Source: Eledone cirrhosa (Eukaryota). From it: a stretch of 64,000 nucleotides of DNA. The position numbers were made by a program, and so were the translations under genes. The stretch covers positions 20,521-84,520 of the forward strand of contig CAXHJY010000660.1 of the NCBI GenBank assembly GCA_964016885.1, in the 5' to 3' direction. Within the stretch, counting starts at the first letter, position 1. The number at the start of each line of letters is the position of its first letter. This document shows, piece after piece, positions 25,148 to 37,915 of this stretch. Under the pieces are notes generated by a model. It had not been told where the DNA came from and ran no database searches. It saw only the letters and a list, made by a program, of their open reading frames with translations.

Positions 25148-25265
25148 TTTCTTATGCTGGCATGGGTTGGCTGAGACTTTTTGGGGCAGTTATGTTTGTT
25201 TGTTTGTTTGTTTTTTTAAGTATTGCGAGAGAGAAAGAGAGAGAATTTGCAGACATAGAAAAAAA
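25148..25265. repeat. Left arm of ~120-bp inverted duplication (partner 28573-28698)
   Basis: Reverse complement of 28573-28698 except for one CT-repeat unit. Confidence 0.92.
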
Positions 25266-25269
25266 TATT

Positions 25270-25995
25270 AAGGAGCCATCTCTTTTCGTGGCCAGTTTCA
25301 CATGCCGGCCTCACCCTTGGTGATGGTAAGCACCTAGACAAGATAACTCTTTTTCTGTTCAAGGGAAGTAAATTTCTAATCTGGGAGAACATATGCTGCG
25401 ACATGTTCTCCGCTTCCAATCCGGTTGCTTTAGGCACTGTTGCACATAACTTAGAGGAGAGGAGGATAGCCAAATACCAAAAATTGACTGACCACTTCCT
25501 TTTTGTGGTAGTTAACTGTTGGGACTTCTGTTGACCTCAGTCCCAAATCTGCTGTCGAGACCTTTGGTGACCGCAGTCCCCAAACTGCTGTCGAGACCGC
25601 TGATGACCTCAGTCCCCAAACTGCTGTCGAGACCGCTGATGACCTCAGTCCCCAAACTGTTGTCGAGACCGCTGATGACCTCAGTCCCCAAACTGCTGTC
25701 GAGACCGCTGATGACCTCAGCTCCCCAAACTGCTGTCGAGACCGCTGATGACCTCAGCTCCCCAAACTGCCATTGAGACCGCTGATGACCTCAGTCCCCA
25801 AACTGCCATCAAGACCGCTGAAGACCTCAGTCCCCAAACTGCCATCAAGACCTCTGGTGACCTCAGTCCCAAAACTGCTGCTCTCTTCTGCAAAATTGGG
25901 AGGAGTATATCCTGCCAGAGGAAGGAGTGACTGATGCAGTGACTGTTGCTGGCTGTTCTCTATGGCAATGCCTTCATCAATTTATCTGCTGAGCA
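25270..25995 (+). pseudogene. CRE-like non-LTR retrotransposon C-terminal restriction-like endonuclease remnant
   Basis: My translation GLTLGDGKHLDKITL...LIWENICCDMF...EERRIAKYQKLTDHFLFV...VET.G.LSPKTAALFCKIGRSI...LAVLYGNA matches the recalled DGKRPDG/WD.T..D/K..KY/VET.G/GNA pattern of CRE-type elements. Confidence 0.7.
25535..25880. repeat. 33-bp minisatellite, ~10 copies, inside the CRE-like remnant
   Basis: Unit GACCTCAGTCCCCAAACTGCTGTCGAGACCGCTGAT-like. Two units carry a 1-bp insertion. Confidence 0.93.
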
Positions 25996-26329
25996 CAGCT
26001 GAGATATAGTGCCAAGACTGGTGTGTTGAGCATACTGCTCTCTCTCCCCCTTAAATAAGTCTTTTGACCTTTGCAGGAGGATATGGACAAGGAATATATT
26101 TTCATATATTTTTATTTTTTAAAAGTACTTCTGGATTATATTTTAGTAAAATATCCTAGATTTGATACACAAATGTGAAAATATTGTATAGGTGACTGAT
26201 GTTTCATTATAGTAACTTTTATATTTCAACTGAACCAGTAAAATACTAGGGCTGATTTTCCTTTCATCTCGAACTTTGCTGCCCTTGATCTTAAATTAGA
26301 AATAATTTTATTTTTATTATTTGCTAGTA

Positions 26330-26500
26330 GCTTAGAAGTGCTGGATAACATGTTTTGCAGTATTTACTCTGGCATTTTATGTTCTGAATTCAGATCTCAT
26401 GAGGTCAACTTTGCTATCCTTCTGGAGTCATTAAAGCAGTAGGGTCGATTTAATTAACTTTCCTCTTTTACAAAACTTCTGGCTTTGTGCCAATGCTAGA
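26330..26500 (+). mobile_element. MetaSINE-like SINE, degenerate
   Basis: GAGGTCAACTTTGC...GGGTCGAT...CTGGCTTTGTGCC. Confidence 0.55.
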
Positions 26501-26529
26501 ATTATGATCTGTAATCAGTTAAGAGCATG

Positions 26530-26586
<57 letters not shown>

Positions 26587-26689
26587 ATAAAAAAAAAACT
26601 ATGATCCAGGCATCGGGGTGGAAGTTTTTGTGAGGATAGCATAATTATAAATTGTGACTATTTGTGGCTTTCATAAGAACATTTACAAT

Positions 26690-27220
26690 GTACCATATGT
26701 ATTCGAATATTAGCTGATCTGAATATAATCCCCACCACCATTTTATGTCTGAGAAATAGGCAAAACTCTAAACTCCTTTTATAAACCAAGGCATGTAATC
26801 AACACATTGTTTAGATGGTGCGGTTTTGAAATTCCCATAAAGTTTAATATTTTGATATTTAAAATGTTGCTTAGTTTTTGTTACACAACTCCATTACATA
26901 ATGATTTTTTTTTTTTTTTTTAACCACTTTCTAACCATTTCAAAGGTGATATATTCATTCAAAACGCATCAAAAACAATAGGAAATATGAATTTCGCCTC
27001 TGAAGTAAAACCAGTATATTATTTACCCCCAAAGCAAAACTGGTGTAATATTCAGCCCCCAACAAAGCAAAAATATTTTAACACCTTATTTACGTAGAAT
27101 TTTTAAGTTGGTGAAAACCAGCAAAATATTCACCTCGAATATAAGTTGAGCCTCCATTTTACGATAATTTTTTTTTTTTTTTTTTTTTTTTTTGTCACAT
27201 ATTCCTCAGTTTATATACGG
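26690..27220. mobile_element. Tigger/pogo-like MITE
   Basis: TACCATATGTATTCGAATAT start. Colinear with 1998-2697 minus the inserted MITE. Confidence 0.7.
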
Positions 27221-27699
27221 GAAGTGAAATTAACTGACTTAGTAGGGCTAGAAGCTGATAATTTCATGTAAAACCTTTGTTCTAAACACCGGCATAAAGA
27301 GAAAGTTAGTTATGTTATTAAATTCCTCCAAATCCTTGATTATTTTAAAGATTTGAAAACTATAGGCAGTGCCTTTTATTAGAAATATTGGGAGGAAATG
27401 TTTAACTCTTTATAATTTCAAACCAGCTGAAGCTGCACCTGGTTCTGCAATACAAAACTTTGTTTTAAAGTGTTTATATTTATCTGAAACCCTATCAACA
27501 TAATTTGTGTTGTGTGTGTGGTGTTCTTGTGAGGCAGGTGGTATGGCTGTGGTGTGTGTGTGTGTTGTGTGTATGTGGTGTGTGTATGTATGTGTGTGTG
27601 TGTGTGTGTATATATTCAATAAACTACTAAACAGGCTCCTGTTGATAGAAATCACCAGCTTGTCATCTTCAGTTCCACTAGTTATCTTCAATCTTACGT

Positions 27700-28130
27700 T
27701 CTTAGTCTGTATATGTGTGGATATATATTCTTAGTCTGTATGTGTGTGGATATATATTCTTAGTGTGTATATGTGTGGATATATATTCTTTGTGTGTATA
27801 TATGTTCTTAATGTGCATGTGTGGATATATGTACATATGTGTGCATGTGTGAATGTTTTAAAAGTGCATGTGTGTGTCCATGTATGGATATATGTATATG
27901 TGTGCATTGCTGATGCATGTGGATAAGTCTGCATGTGTGTGCATATGTGGATATATTCTTAGTCGACATGTTTGTATATGTGGATATATGTAGATTAGTG
28001 TACATGTATGTGCACATGTGTATATGTTTTTAATGTGCATGTGTGTATATATGTACAAATGTGATGAAATCTGGATATATATACATATGTGTTCGTGTGT
28101 GTGTGTGTGTGCGCATATGTGGATGTTCTT
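27700..28130. repeat. Degenerate TG/TA microsatellite
   Basis: Visible low-complexity tract. Confidence 0.8.
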
Positions 28131-28572
28131 AATTTTCACTTCTTTAGCATTTCTTGAAGGAAGTTGTTACAACATGCCATTTGTATTGAGTTAACTGAAC
28201 GGAACCAAATATATTTCCGCTATAAACTTGATACTTTACGGCCTATGAAAAGAAGGAACTAGACAGACTTTTCTATATATCAGTGAAGGCTTAGTGGTTA
28301 GTGTGTTGGACTCACCACAATCATAAGGTCATGGGTTTGATTCCTGGACTAGATGGAAAGTTCTTGAGCTAGACACTTTATTTCATGCTGATTTTCATAT
28401 GACTATGACCCCTATCGTTAAACCACCGAAGAAACTTTGTCGGTTGCCAGCTAAACCTGAATAGGTGTGAGCAGCAATTTCCTTCTTTTTTTTTTTTTTC
28501 ACTCCCCAAGCAGAACTAAAAATATTTCTGCTATATATTTAATACATTAGTTTATGAAAAGAGGGAATGATG

Positions 28573-28698
28573 TTTTTTTCTATGTCTGCAAATTCTCTCT
28601 CTTTCTCTCTTTCTCTCTCGCAATACTTAAAAAAACAAACAAACAAACAAACATAACTGCCCCAAAAAGTCTCAGCCAACCCATGCCAGCATAAGAAA
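28573..28698. repeat. Right arm of ~120-bp inverted duplication
   Basis: Reverse complement of 25148-25265. Confidence 0.92.
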
Positions 28699-29802
28699 GT
28701 AGATGTAAAAATAATTGTTAGGTGATGAATGAGTGTATTTAGAAGGTGAAAATTGTGTATGTATGAGGAGTTATTTGATTTATCAGGATAGAAATTCTAT
28801 TGTAAGTAAAGAATGGTAAACATTTTAAAATTGGTTTCTGTAAGTTGAAAATGTGAGAGTTCATTGCTCTTTGCCAATTAATGGTGGCCCTCAGTTGTAT
28901 CTTATTCCTTATACCAGACATTTCTAATAAATTCTGACAGCACCAGCATTGATTTGTAATCTTTGAAGAATTTCACATATCAAATTAGAGCAAAGCCTAG
29001 AATCTGCATATGAAGTGTTGTGTATGTGGAGAGAAGGAGAAAATTTTCCCCGTTTTTTTTTTAATCCTGGGAAATTTCACTAGTAGTATTAGTTTAACAA
29101 TTTTGATAACAACCCACAGGAGACTGCCTCCAATTCTGAAAAAAAAGAAGGCAAAAAAGATTGCCTGTTTTAATGTCATATTTAAATTAACTCTTTAACT
29201 TCTTTTAATGCATGAAACAACATTAACAAAACATTGTTTTAAAAGTACAAAACAGCACTATGACTGCTTCACATTAGAAATTGAAGCATTTACTTAATTT
29301 ACTGCAAATTTTCACAATGCTGTCTATCAACTAGTAAAAATTCTATTAACACGTTTTTAGGTACTTTCTGCCAAAACATTACAGGATGTTCTGTGTTAAT
29401 TAATCATTTTACATTTGCAACATTATTTCCAGAAAAAAAAAATGACTACACCACATTGAAAATTAGTCTTTATTCTAATACAGCAATCTATACACCAATA
29501 GATACTTTAAGCATTTGAATTAACAAACCTGTTTTTAAACATTTTCTGCCGAATTATTACTTTCTTTGTCATGATTTTATGTAAAAACCTTTGGTCAGTT
29601 ATTTCCCAAACATCAGCTTAATAAGAAATTAAATATTTTATTAAATATTTCTCAATTCCTGGTTTATTTTCAAAATTAGTTGAAACACATAAATGGTTTA
29701 TTTCACTATAAATATAGTCATAAGAGTTAAGTATTGTTGATGCTATTCATGTGAAGTTAGCATTGTAAGATCTGTTTATTGTAATGTCCATTATCATACC
29801 AT

Positions 29803-30145
29803 GGAGGCATATAGCTTAGTGGTTAGAGCATTGGCCTTGCAATCGAAAGGTTGTGAGTTCAATTCTCGGACTGGGTGATGTGTTGTGTCCTTGAGCAAGA
29901 GACTTTATTTCACATTGTTCCAGTTTACTCAGCTGTAGAAATGAGATGATAGGGACTGAGGTCCCTATCATTCCACTGCAAAGTGGTCGTGGAGGTGCCA
30001 CGGCAAAAAAAGCACCCAGCACTCACTGTAAATGTGGTTGGTGTTAGGAAGGGCATCCAGCTGTAGAAATGAAGCCAGTATCAGTTCCCGTCGCACCCTT
30101 GCAAGCAGGGAAAAGTGGACGTAAAATGATGATGATGATGATGAT
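29803..30145 (+). mobile_element. Full-length tRNA/CORE SINE with RTE-derived 3' end and (GAT)n tail
   Basis: Near-identical to 53325-53673. Confidence 0.9.
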
Positions 30146-30819
30146 ATCAGCATGGGTTGCTCAAACAGCATCACACTACTTATGATAGTTCTTTAATAAA
30201 CACAAGAGCAGAGAAAACCTCCAGTCTTTTGTTGTTACATCTGTCATCTGTTTTTGGCAATTTCTTACACTTCACTACAGCATGAACTTAATACAAAGAT
30301 ATTTATATAAAAGATATTGTAACTATTCTGGTATTGAATTGACTTCTTATAACTATTGTTGCTCTTCTCTTTAACCCTTTTCTTGCCATATTTTTAATGA
30401 AAGACACTGCATATGATTTTCTAAGAACTTTGAAAATAATCAAGAATTTGGAGGGATTTAGTAATATAACTAACTTTCAATATATATAATCATCATCATT
30501 GTTTAACGCCCATCTTCCACGTTAGCATGCTTAGACGGGTTTGTCTCACTTGAGGCAAGATTGGTCGAGTGGCCACGTCTCGCTCATATAGAACTGTTTC
30601 TATAAATATATATATAAAAAAAACATTTTGTATAGAAGTCAGAGATCATGTTACAACAATGTCACAGTGGCGTCACAAGAAAACAGTATCGTGTTTCATG
30701 GAAACTATCAACTGAAAGTGTGGCCATGTTTACAATTAGTCATGCTACGTTTGAACACAAAAGAACCAAACTGGCACTGTCTCCGTCTCTCCCTCTCTCA
30801 TTATTATAAGCAAATGGGG

Positions 30820-31030
30820 GCCCACACACTGGCCACCACGCGACTTTTCCCCAGAGGATGGTGAAGGAGATGAGTTGGAAGAGCAATTCCAGCTCACACT
30901 TGTGGGTAGCCAATTCTGTGCTGATGGTGGTGACTAGGGAAGTGGCCCTAGGTTCAAGGAACCAGTAGTCTCCACTGCCATGAGTTTGACCGCAAACCTG
31001 ATGGAGAGCGACCAACAGTATTAAGTTGGG
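30820..31030 (-). pseudogene. Second CRE-like endonuclease remnant
   Basis: Minus-strand SLSIRFAVKLMAVETTG, a frameshift, then PRATSLVTTISTELA...LLFQLISFTILWGK resembles the VET.G..GP...FQR.S.AI.RGN motif. Confidence 0.55.
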
Positions 31031-31744
31031 TTTGGAACATAAGTGATTCTTACATGAAATTATAATGAACATTTTTTAGATAAATATGAACTTTAACATA
31101 AACAGTTTTATATCATTAAACTAGGGGCAGATTTAGGCAGTTTATCAAAACTGTTGTTTTACTGTTAAACAAATCAGTTGGAATTTTTATTTATTTACTT
31201 GCTGGTTTTCATAACATTACCCCTGAATTATTACTGATTTTAGAGATTGAGAAGTTACACAGTGGATGCAGCTGTGGTTAAGAAGTTTGCCTTTCAATCA
31301 TGACATCTTGGACAAGTGTCTTTACCATAGCTTCAGGTCAACTCATGCCTGCTGAGTGAAATTGTGTGGAAGTTGATTGGATGCGTTGAACCTGTAATCC
31401 TAACATTATGGGTACACGTGTCTGTGGAATGCTCCACCACTTAGAATATAATACAATGTGGATTGTACCTGTGATTTAAAGCTCCAGCCTTGTCACACAT
31501 TGTGTTGTTGTGATTTAGTTCAGGAATTACATTAAGGGTACACATGTCTGTGGGATATTTAAATGTTAATTCATTGATTGGACATTCAGTTAATCAAACA
31601 ACTGAGTGCTCATCATGAAATTGGTGGTCACCATTCCGTGTTAAACAAAGCATAATGGGGGGAGGGGTATTAGCTAACATTGAAAGTTTGTATTTTTGGA
31701 CGTTAAATGATGATAATGAACAAGAACAACGGTAATAATAATAA

Positions 31745-31925
31745 TGGTTTCTAAATTAGGCACAAGACCAGCAATTTTGGAGGAAAAGGAAAGTTGATTA
31801 CTGTTCATTACTGGTACTTTTTGTTGAGCCTGTAAGGATGAAAGGCAAAGCTAACCTCGACTGGATTTGAACTCAGACTGTAAAGGGCTGCAAAGCATGG
31901 TGTTTGACACTACCGATACTGCCTT
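31745..31925 (-). mobile_element. MetaSINE-like SINE
   Basis: GGCACAAGACCAGCAATTTT...AAGGATGAAAGGCAAAGCTAACCTCG...GGATTTGAACTCAG. Confidence 0.75.
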
Positions 31926-32201
31926 AATGATAAAAATGTTTAAGATTTGCTTGATTGGGCTGTAATGGATTAAACCTAACCTATTTATTTGGTTTTGTGA
32001 ATCATTTGCTAGACAGAGGATAATTTGTGGAAGGCTAATAGGGTAATTGACTTAATATTATTTCTGATAAGAGGCAATTTAATCAGCTAGTTTATGTCAG
32101 ATGATGGAAAATAGGTTAGAGCAACTATCATGTATTTCAATGAATTATACACACATGTATATATATAACACACGCGCACACGTGTGTGTGTGTGTGTGTG
32201 C

Positions 32202-32241
<40 letters not shown>

Positions 32242-32243
<2 letters not shown>

Positions 32244-32536
32244 GCATCTGGCTTAGTGGTTAGAGCATTGGGCTTGCAATCGAAAGGTTGAGTTCAATTC
32301 TCAGACCAGGTGATGTTTCCTTAAGCAAGACACTTTATTTCACATTGCTCCAGTTTAATCAGCTGTAGGACTGGGGTCCCTATCATTCCATTGCAAAGTG
32401 GTCGTGGAGGTGCCACGGCAAAAAAGCACCCAGTTGGTGTTAGGAAGGGCATCCAGGTGTAGAAATCAAGCCAGAATCAGTTCCCGTCCCACCCTTGCAA
32501 GCAGGGAAAAGCGGACGTAAAATGATGATGATGATT
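32242..32536 (+). mobile_element. tRNA/CORE/RTE-tailed SINE with small internal deletions
   Basis: Colinear with 53325-53673 and flanked by (TG)n and (TA)n. Confidence 0.88.
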
Positions 32537-32559
32537 ATATATATATATATATATATATG

Positions 32560-33095
32560 TTTATTGTTATACTTTGGGAGGGTCATGTTGCCAATAAGAA
32601 ACACACGCACCAGTTTCTTTCACTTCAATTTATTATAATAAATTTATAATAAATTTATAAATTTCTGGTTGGTTGGTTGGTTCCACAACCAGATAGTTGT
32701 TTATATATTGTCATAGTTCTTTCGTCACACACTCTGTGACCTCTTCAGTGACTGGGGATTCCTTTCTTTGTTTCTGTGCCTCTCCTTTGTTCTGTCCTAC
32801 GCCATTTTGTTTCTGTGTGTGTGTTGTGTGCTCAGTCTGCGCATGCGCCACATCCGGGTGTCTGTGTGTGTTTGTTCATTTATTTATTTGTTTATTTACA
32901 TGTTACTGGTTGGTTGTTTGTTCTATGTGTGTGTGTGTGTTTTCATTTTGTCCTTAATTGTAAGTTGTGATGTTGCTGTTCCACTCATATTTTCTATTTA
33001 ATTTTGGTTGTAATTCTTTTATGTTTATTGCCTCTGTAATTTGTCTAAACATTGCGTCTTTTCTGTGTGTAGATTCTATTTTTATGTTATTACAT
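32560..33095 (-). mobile_element. Penelope-like element 3' remnant (GIY-YIG C-terminus plus terminal repeat)
   Basis: Minus frame 32954-33090 reads NIKIESTHRKDAMFRQITEAINIKELQPKLNRKYEWNSNITTYN*, the R.I.EA..I....P.LN ending of Penelope endonucleases. A hammerhead motif follows downstream. Confidence 0.8.
32710..32752 (-). ncRNA. Minimal type I hammerhead ribozyme
   Basis: GTCA-CTGAAGA-G-GTCACA(GAGTG)TGTGAC-GAAA-GAAC-TA-TGAC: intact core, 4-bp stem I, 6-bp stem II and vestigial stem III. Confidence 0.78.
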
Positions 33096-33282
33096 ATAAC
33101 CCTATTATAATAACAATATTGCTATATGTTATTACTATTGTAACAACTAACAACCTTACTATATGTTATTCCTACATCTAACACAATTGCTATCAGTTGT
33201 AAATGGTAATACTGTTTGTATAAGTTGAATTGTTTTATATGTCTGTCTCGCTCTACATTACAACATAACATCTCCCTCCTCG

Positions 33283-33362
<80 letters not shown>

Positions 33363-33699
33363 CTGGCAATTAATATATTCACATGACTATATTATTATTA
33401 TTACATTAACTAGCCTCACCAGCTGTCAGTTTTCTTTCTACTTTTGAAATGTTAGATATTTCATAGTTGGAGCATGTTAGTGAATTTTGTAACATTATGC
33501 AATTTTACTATAAAAATGACATGGCCATGCACACACATAGACACAGTGACTGAGACAGAGACACAACAAGCAGTTTAAGGCTTTTACATGCTAAAGCAGA
33601 GGTTTCCTTTGTAGGCTTCATGGTAGGCCTGTTATCCATCATGGGGTCCTTTTGTGAGGCAATAACTTAGTTGCAAAGCCTTCTTGGTGTCAACCCTTT

Positions 33700-34145
33700 C
33701 AGTTGCCTCTCACAACATGCTGTGATACTGGTCATACTGGTGCCACGATAAAAAGCACCTGGTCAACCCTGTAAGATGGTTATACAAGTGTCAATAAAAA
33801 AACTCTTAGTCCACCCTGTAAGGTAGTCATACTAGTGCCATGAAAAAAAGCTCCCTGTCTACTCCATAAGGTGGTCCTACTAGTACAATGACAAAAAAGC
33901 TCCCAGCCCATGGTGGCCATACTAGGCCCATCAAAATAGCTCCTAACTTATCCTGTATCGTGGTCATACTGGTGCCACAACAAAAAGCATCTAATTCTCC
34001 CTGTAGGGTGGTCGATATTAGGAAGCTGCATAGAAAATCATGCCAAAAAACGGAACTTATGGACAAGATAAAGTCTGCTTGGCCTCACATGACGAACCAT
34101 CTAACTTATGCAAGCACGAAAAATTGACCATTAAATGGTGATACA
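33700..34145 (+). repeat. Old RTE-type 3' end with tandemly amplified UTR module
   Basis: Repeated GGTCATACTGGTGCCA..AAAAAGC..CCCTGTAAGG units followed by an RTE-like terminus. Confidence 0.55.
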
Positions 34146-34147
34146 TG

Positions 34148-34195
<48 letters not shown>

Positions 34196-34339
34196 AGAGA
34201 GAGTGGGGTGGGTTATAGGAAATATATTTGCCATAATCACAATTACTCACTCAATGAGATATTATTTGAACATATAATCAAGCAAACCAAATGTATATTT
34301 GTAATGTAGCAGTTGCATGTGATTGTCCGGGCCTCAAGG

Positions 34340-34610
34340 TTTCTGTCAAAACAGTAAGTTTCGATAAGTGGAATTTGCAACTTGCTGAATACAGTGGCTG
34401 CACAGTGCAATCCAATAATGCAAAAACTTTATCAGCGGACTTGATATTTGCAGTGAGAGAGAGAAGCCATTTATCCAGCCAGTGTGTGAAAGAACTACTG
34501 TTGCAATATTACTGTCAGCAGCAATTTGTAACGTCACACATGGGAGAGCGACTTGTCGATCGCTATTGGACTGTGTTAAAAGCAGCAAAATTTCAAGTAT
34601 CGTATAGAAG
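34340..34610 (+). pseudogene. Degenerate hAT transposase C-terminal dimerisation-domain remnant
   Basis: LQLAEY...SNNA...ERSHLSSQCVKELLLQY...LKAAK resembles the recalled hAT C-terminal SNA..ER.FS...R.RL...VK.LL motif. Confidence 0.45.
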
Positions 34611-35169
34611 CTTAAGCTGCAATAAGGCAACACTAGTTGAATTATTTGAGGTAGTCCCTAAACACTCAATGATGTGTGAAATGAATTGATTCCTCCATCA
34701 GAGTGAGCACATTAAGTTATATGAGGGAAATACAATATATAGACCAGGTGTATGATGATGAATACCAAAAGGGAAAAGTATATATGTATATGTAAGTATG
34801 AAAAGATTTTAGTCTTTAAAACAGACACTCAGTCCTGCTGCGTAATAAAATGTAATCTCTCTGTGTGCATGTGTGTATGGGTTAGTCTGAAGAAGGGGCA
34901 GTGCCCACCCTTCTCCCTCACTAGTGAAAATAATGATTGATGTTCAGTTTGAACATCTGTAATTCAGACAGCTGCATAAAAATTATAGTTGGTAGGGGTG
35001 GGTTTAAGACTTCAGTGGCATGAAAGATTGAGTGTGGTGTGTGGGTTGGATGTGATACAGAGGCCATTGTGGTAGTGATAGAATTGTAAAGGGCCTCCAG
35101 CTGTAGAAACCATACCAAATATGGATCACCTGGACAAGACATTTTCCCAACCAGTCTAGCTTTGAACGG

Positions 35170-35368
35170 TTGCGAAAATGATGAGGATGATGGTATTGAT
35201 GATGGTATTGATGATGAGGATGATGGTGGTGGTAGTATTGATGAGGTGATGGTGGTATTGCTGATGATGATGGTGATGGTGGTGGTATTGATGATGGTGT
35301 TGGTGGTCTTTATGATGATGGTGGTGGTCTTTATGATGATAGTAGTGGTGGTGGTGGTGGTGGTGATA
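35170..35368. repeat. (GAT/GGT)n trinucleotide tract
   Basis: Directly visible. Confidence 0.9.
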
Positions 35369-35394
35369 ATGAATGCCAACTTACCTATTGGCAG

Positions 35395-35562
35395 TATCAG
35401 TAAAGGGTTGGACGCCATGCTTTCTAGCATAGTTACGTCCCTTTATGGTTTGAGTTCAAATCCCGTTGAGGTTAACTTTGCCTTTCATCCTTACGGGGTC
35501 GATAAAGTACCAGTAATGTACTGGGTGATTGCTGGCCTTGTGCCAAAAGTAGAAACAATTAT
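35395..35562 (+). mobile_element. MetaSINE-like SINE
   Basis: GAGTTCAAATCCCG.TGAGGTTAACTTTGCCTTTCATCCTTACGGGGTCGATAAAGTACCAG. Confidence 0.8.
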
Positions 35563-35667
35563 ATATATATATATATATAATGTGGGTAATAATTTATATC
35601 ATTTATATTGTAAATTATATTATGCATGTGTGGGTGTGGTTGTGGGTGTCGGTGTGGGTGTGTGTGG

Positions 35668-35699
<32 letters not shown>

Positions 35700-36144
35700 A
35701 TGAAAGGTATAGAAAACATTGTAGCAAAAAGCCAACAGTATTCCATATATAAGTAACTATAGCGTCAAAATGGGAAAAATAGTTAACATAAGATGTGAGA
35801 AAAATAATTCAAACGTGGAAGATAGACATTAAACGATGATGATGATGATGGCGTGTGTGTGTGTATATATATATATATATACACCCAACCACCCACTCAC
35901 ACCATCATCATCATCATTTAATGTCTATCTTCCACGTTAGCATGGGTTAGACGAGAATTGTCCCACTGGAGACAAGATTGGTCAGCCGACCGTGTCTCGC
36001 TCGTATAGGACTATCTGGCAGGTTTTATCACTCGTATAGGACTATCTAAGGTTTTATACCTTGCCGAGTGCTTGGCTGCACTTCTGAATGCATTTTTCGG
36101 TTTAGCTGCGGCTCGAGCTTCAAATTATGCTGTACTCGCATTTG

Positions 36145-36497
36145 TATCATCATCATCATCATTTTACGTCCGATTTTCACTACTTGGGACAGGAACTGAT
36201 TCTGGCTTGATTTCTACAGCTGGATGCCCTTCCACACACCAACCTCATTTACATTAAGTGCTCAGTACTTTTTTGCTGTGGCGCCTACACGTCCACTTTA
36301 CAGTGTGGGCTGGGTGCTTTTTTTGCCGTGCCACCTCCACGACCACTTTGCAGTGGAATGATAGGGAACCCAGTCCTATCATCTCATTGCTACAGCTGAG
36401 TAAACTGGAGTAATGTGAAATAAAGTGTCTTGCTCAAGGAAACAACACATCACCTGGTCTGAGAATTGAACTCACAACCTTTCGATTGCAAGACCAA
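36145..36497 (-). mobile_element. tRNA/CORE/RTE-tailed SINE retaining the duplicated RTE UTR module
   Basis: Reverse complement of the 53325 family, with the head truncated. Confidence 0.85.
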
Positions 36498-36510
36498 TGT
36501 TATTACTAAG

Positions 36511-36617
36511 ATCTCTCTCTCTCGCTCTCTCTCTCTCTCGCTCTCTCTCTCTCGCTCTCTCTCGCTCTCTCTCTCTCGCTCTCTCTCGCTCTCTCTCGCT
36601 CTCGCTCTCTCTCGCTC

Positions 36618-36649
<32 letters not shown>

Positions 36650-36708
36650 GCTCTCTCTCGCTCTCTCTCTCTTGCTCTCTCTCTCTCGCTCTCTCGCTTT
36701 CTCTCTCG

Positions 36709-36757
<49 letters not shown>
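36511..36757. repeat. (CT)n/(CTCG) microsatellite
   Basis: Directly visible. Confidence 0.95.
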
Positions 36758-36760
<3 letters not shown>

Positions 36761-37915
36761 ACATATGGTACCACAAATGTACTTAACCACATTGAGTGAA
36801 AATATTTAATCCAAATTTGAGTTGATTATATTTGTCTCTGTGTAGCCTCTATTCAACACTCAAACTGAATTGTCACAGAAGACAACCAATTAAATAATTG
36901 AAAGCCACCCAAATACATGTCATTCTACATAGACATTATTATTTTTTGACAAGTTATGCAACTATGTTAATAGGTCCCCCCCCCCCCCCCTCCCCCCTCA
37001 TTCCAATTGTATGAAAAGCTGAAGTAATTTTCACAAATTTCAAATTGTTGAGTACTTTAAAGCAGTTGAATTGCTTGTATATTTAGTCTGTTGAGCAGGT
37101 AATTTTTTCTTTCTGAATTCCAAATTGTCTGCAGAGTGAAGAATTGATTGTTAATAATGTGATACAGAATTAACAGTATGAACTAATAGTTATTTTCATT
37201 TTTGTTGTTGCTATCCGCAGTCTGCCCTGACTGAGCCAGACTCTGATTGAAAGTGTTTCATCTATGACCAACATGTTTATTATATTTCCAGACATAGTGT
37301 ATATCTAAGACTGTCTCCAGTTAATAATAGGCACATCATATATCCTTGTGTGTCATATGAAGCAACTAGAAGAGTTGGTGCCAGGGAGGGCATCTGGCTG
37401 TATAACATTGCTTGAAAAAGGACTCCATGATGTGCCCAATGTGTTGTTATGTAACCTAGGACATTACAGGAGTGAGCAGGAGAAGAGCCATCAAAAACAA
37501 TGTAGAAGTAAGAGGGAGGACATTCCAAAGTGACCAGTGGTGTCAGTAGATGACTACTTCAGCCAGTCAGGTCATCTGGATCAGGATGTATGTTGAAAGA
37601 TCTGAAACATCCAGTGACGCTAGGAGACAACATTGGTGATGTGTCCAAGTATCTGCTGCTGTAGATGTATGAAGAACTTGTGAAAGATCTGAAATATCCA
37701 GTGACACTAGGATACAACACTGGTGATGGTGTTCATGTTGTGGGGGCGTTTGTGTTGTTGTTGTGGTGGTGGTGGTGGTGGTGGTGGGAACATTACAAAG
37801 TACCTATTATGAAAAAAAAAAAGCTCATTAGTTACAAAGAGATTAATTGGAAATTAAGTTTGTCTGTATTATATTTTAATTACAGTTCAATATATTTCTT
37901 TTTTCATTGTTACAG

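Noticed and set aside
34291-34689. 132-aa ORF as a host gene
   Set aside because: It is better explained as a decayed hAT transposase fragment, and there is no splice or other gene context.
34921-35752. Thr/Ile-rich and Val/Met-rich ORFs
   Set aside because: They span (GAT/GGT)n, a SINE and (TG)n, and are low-complexity artefacts.
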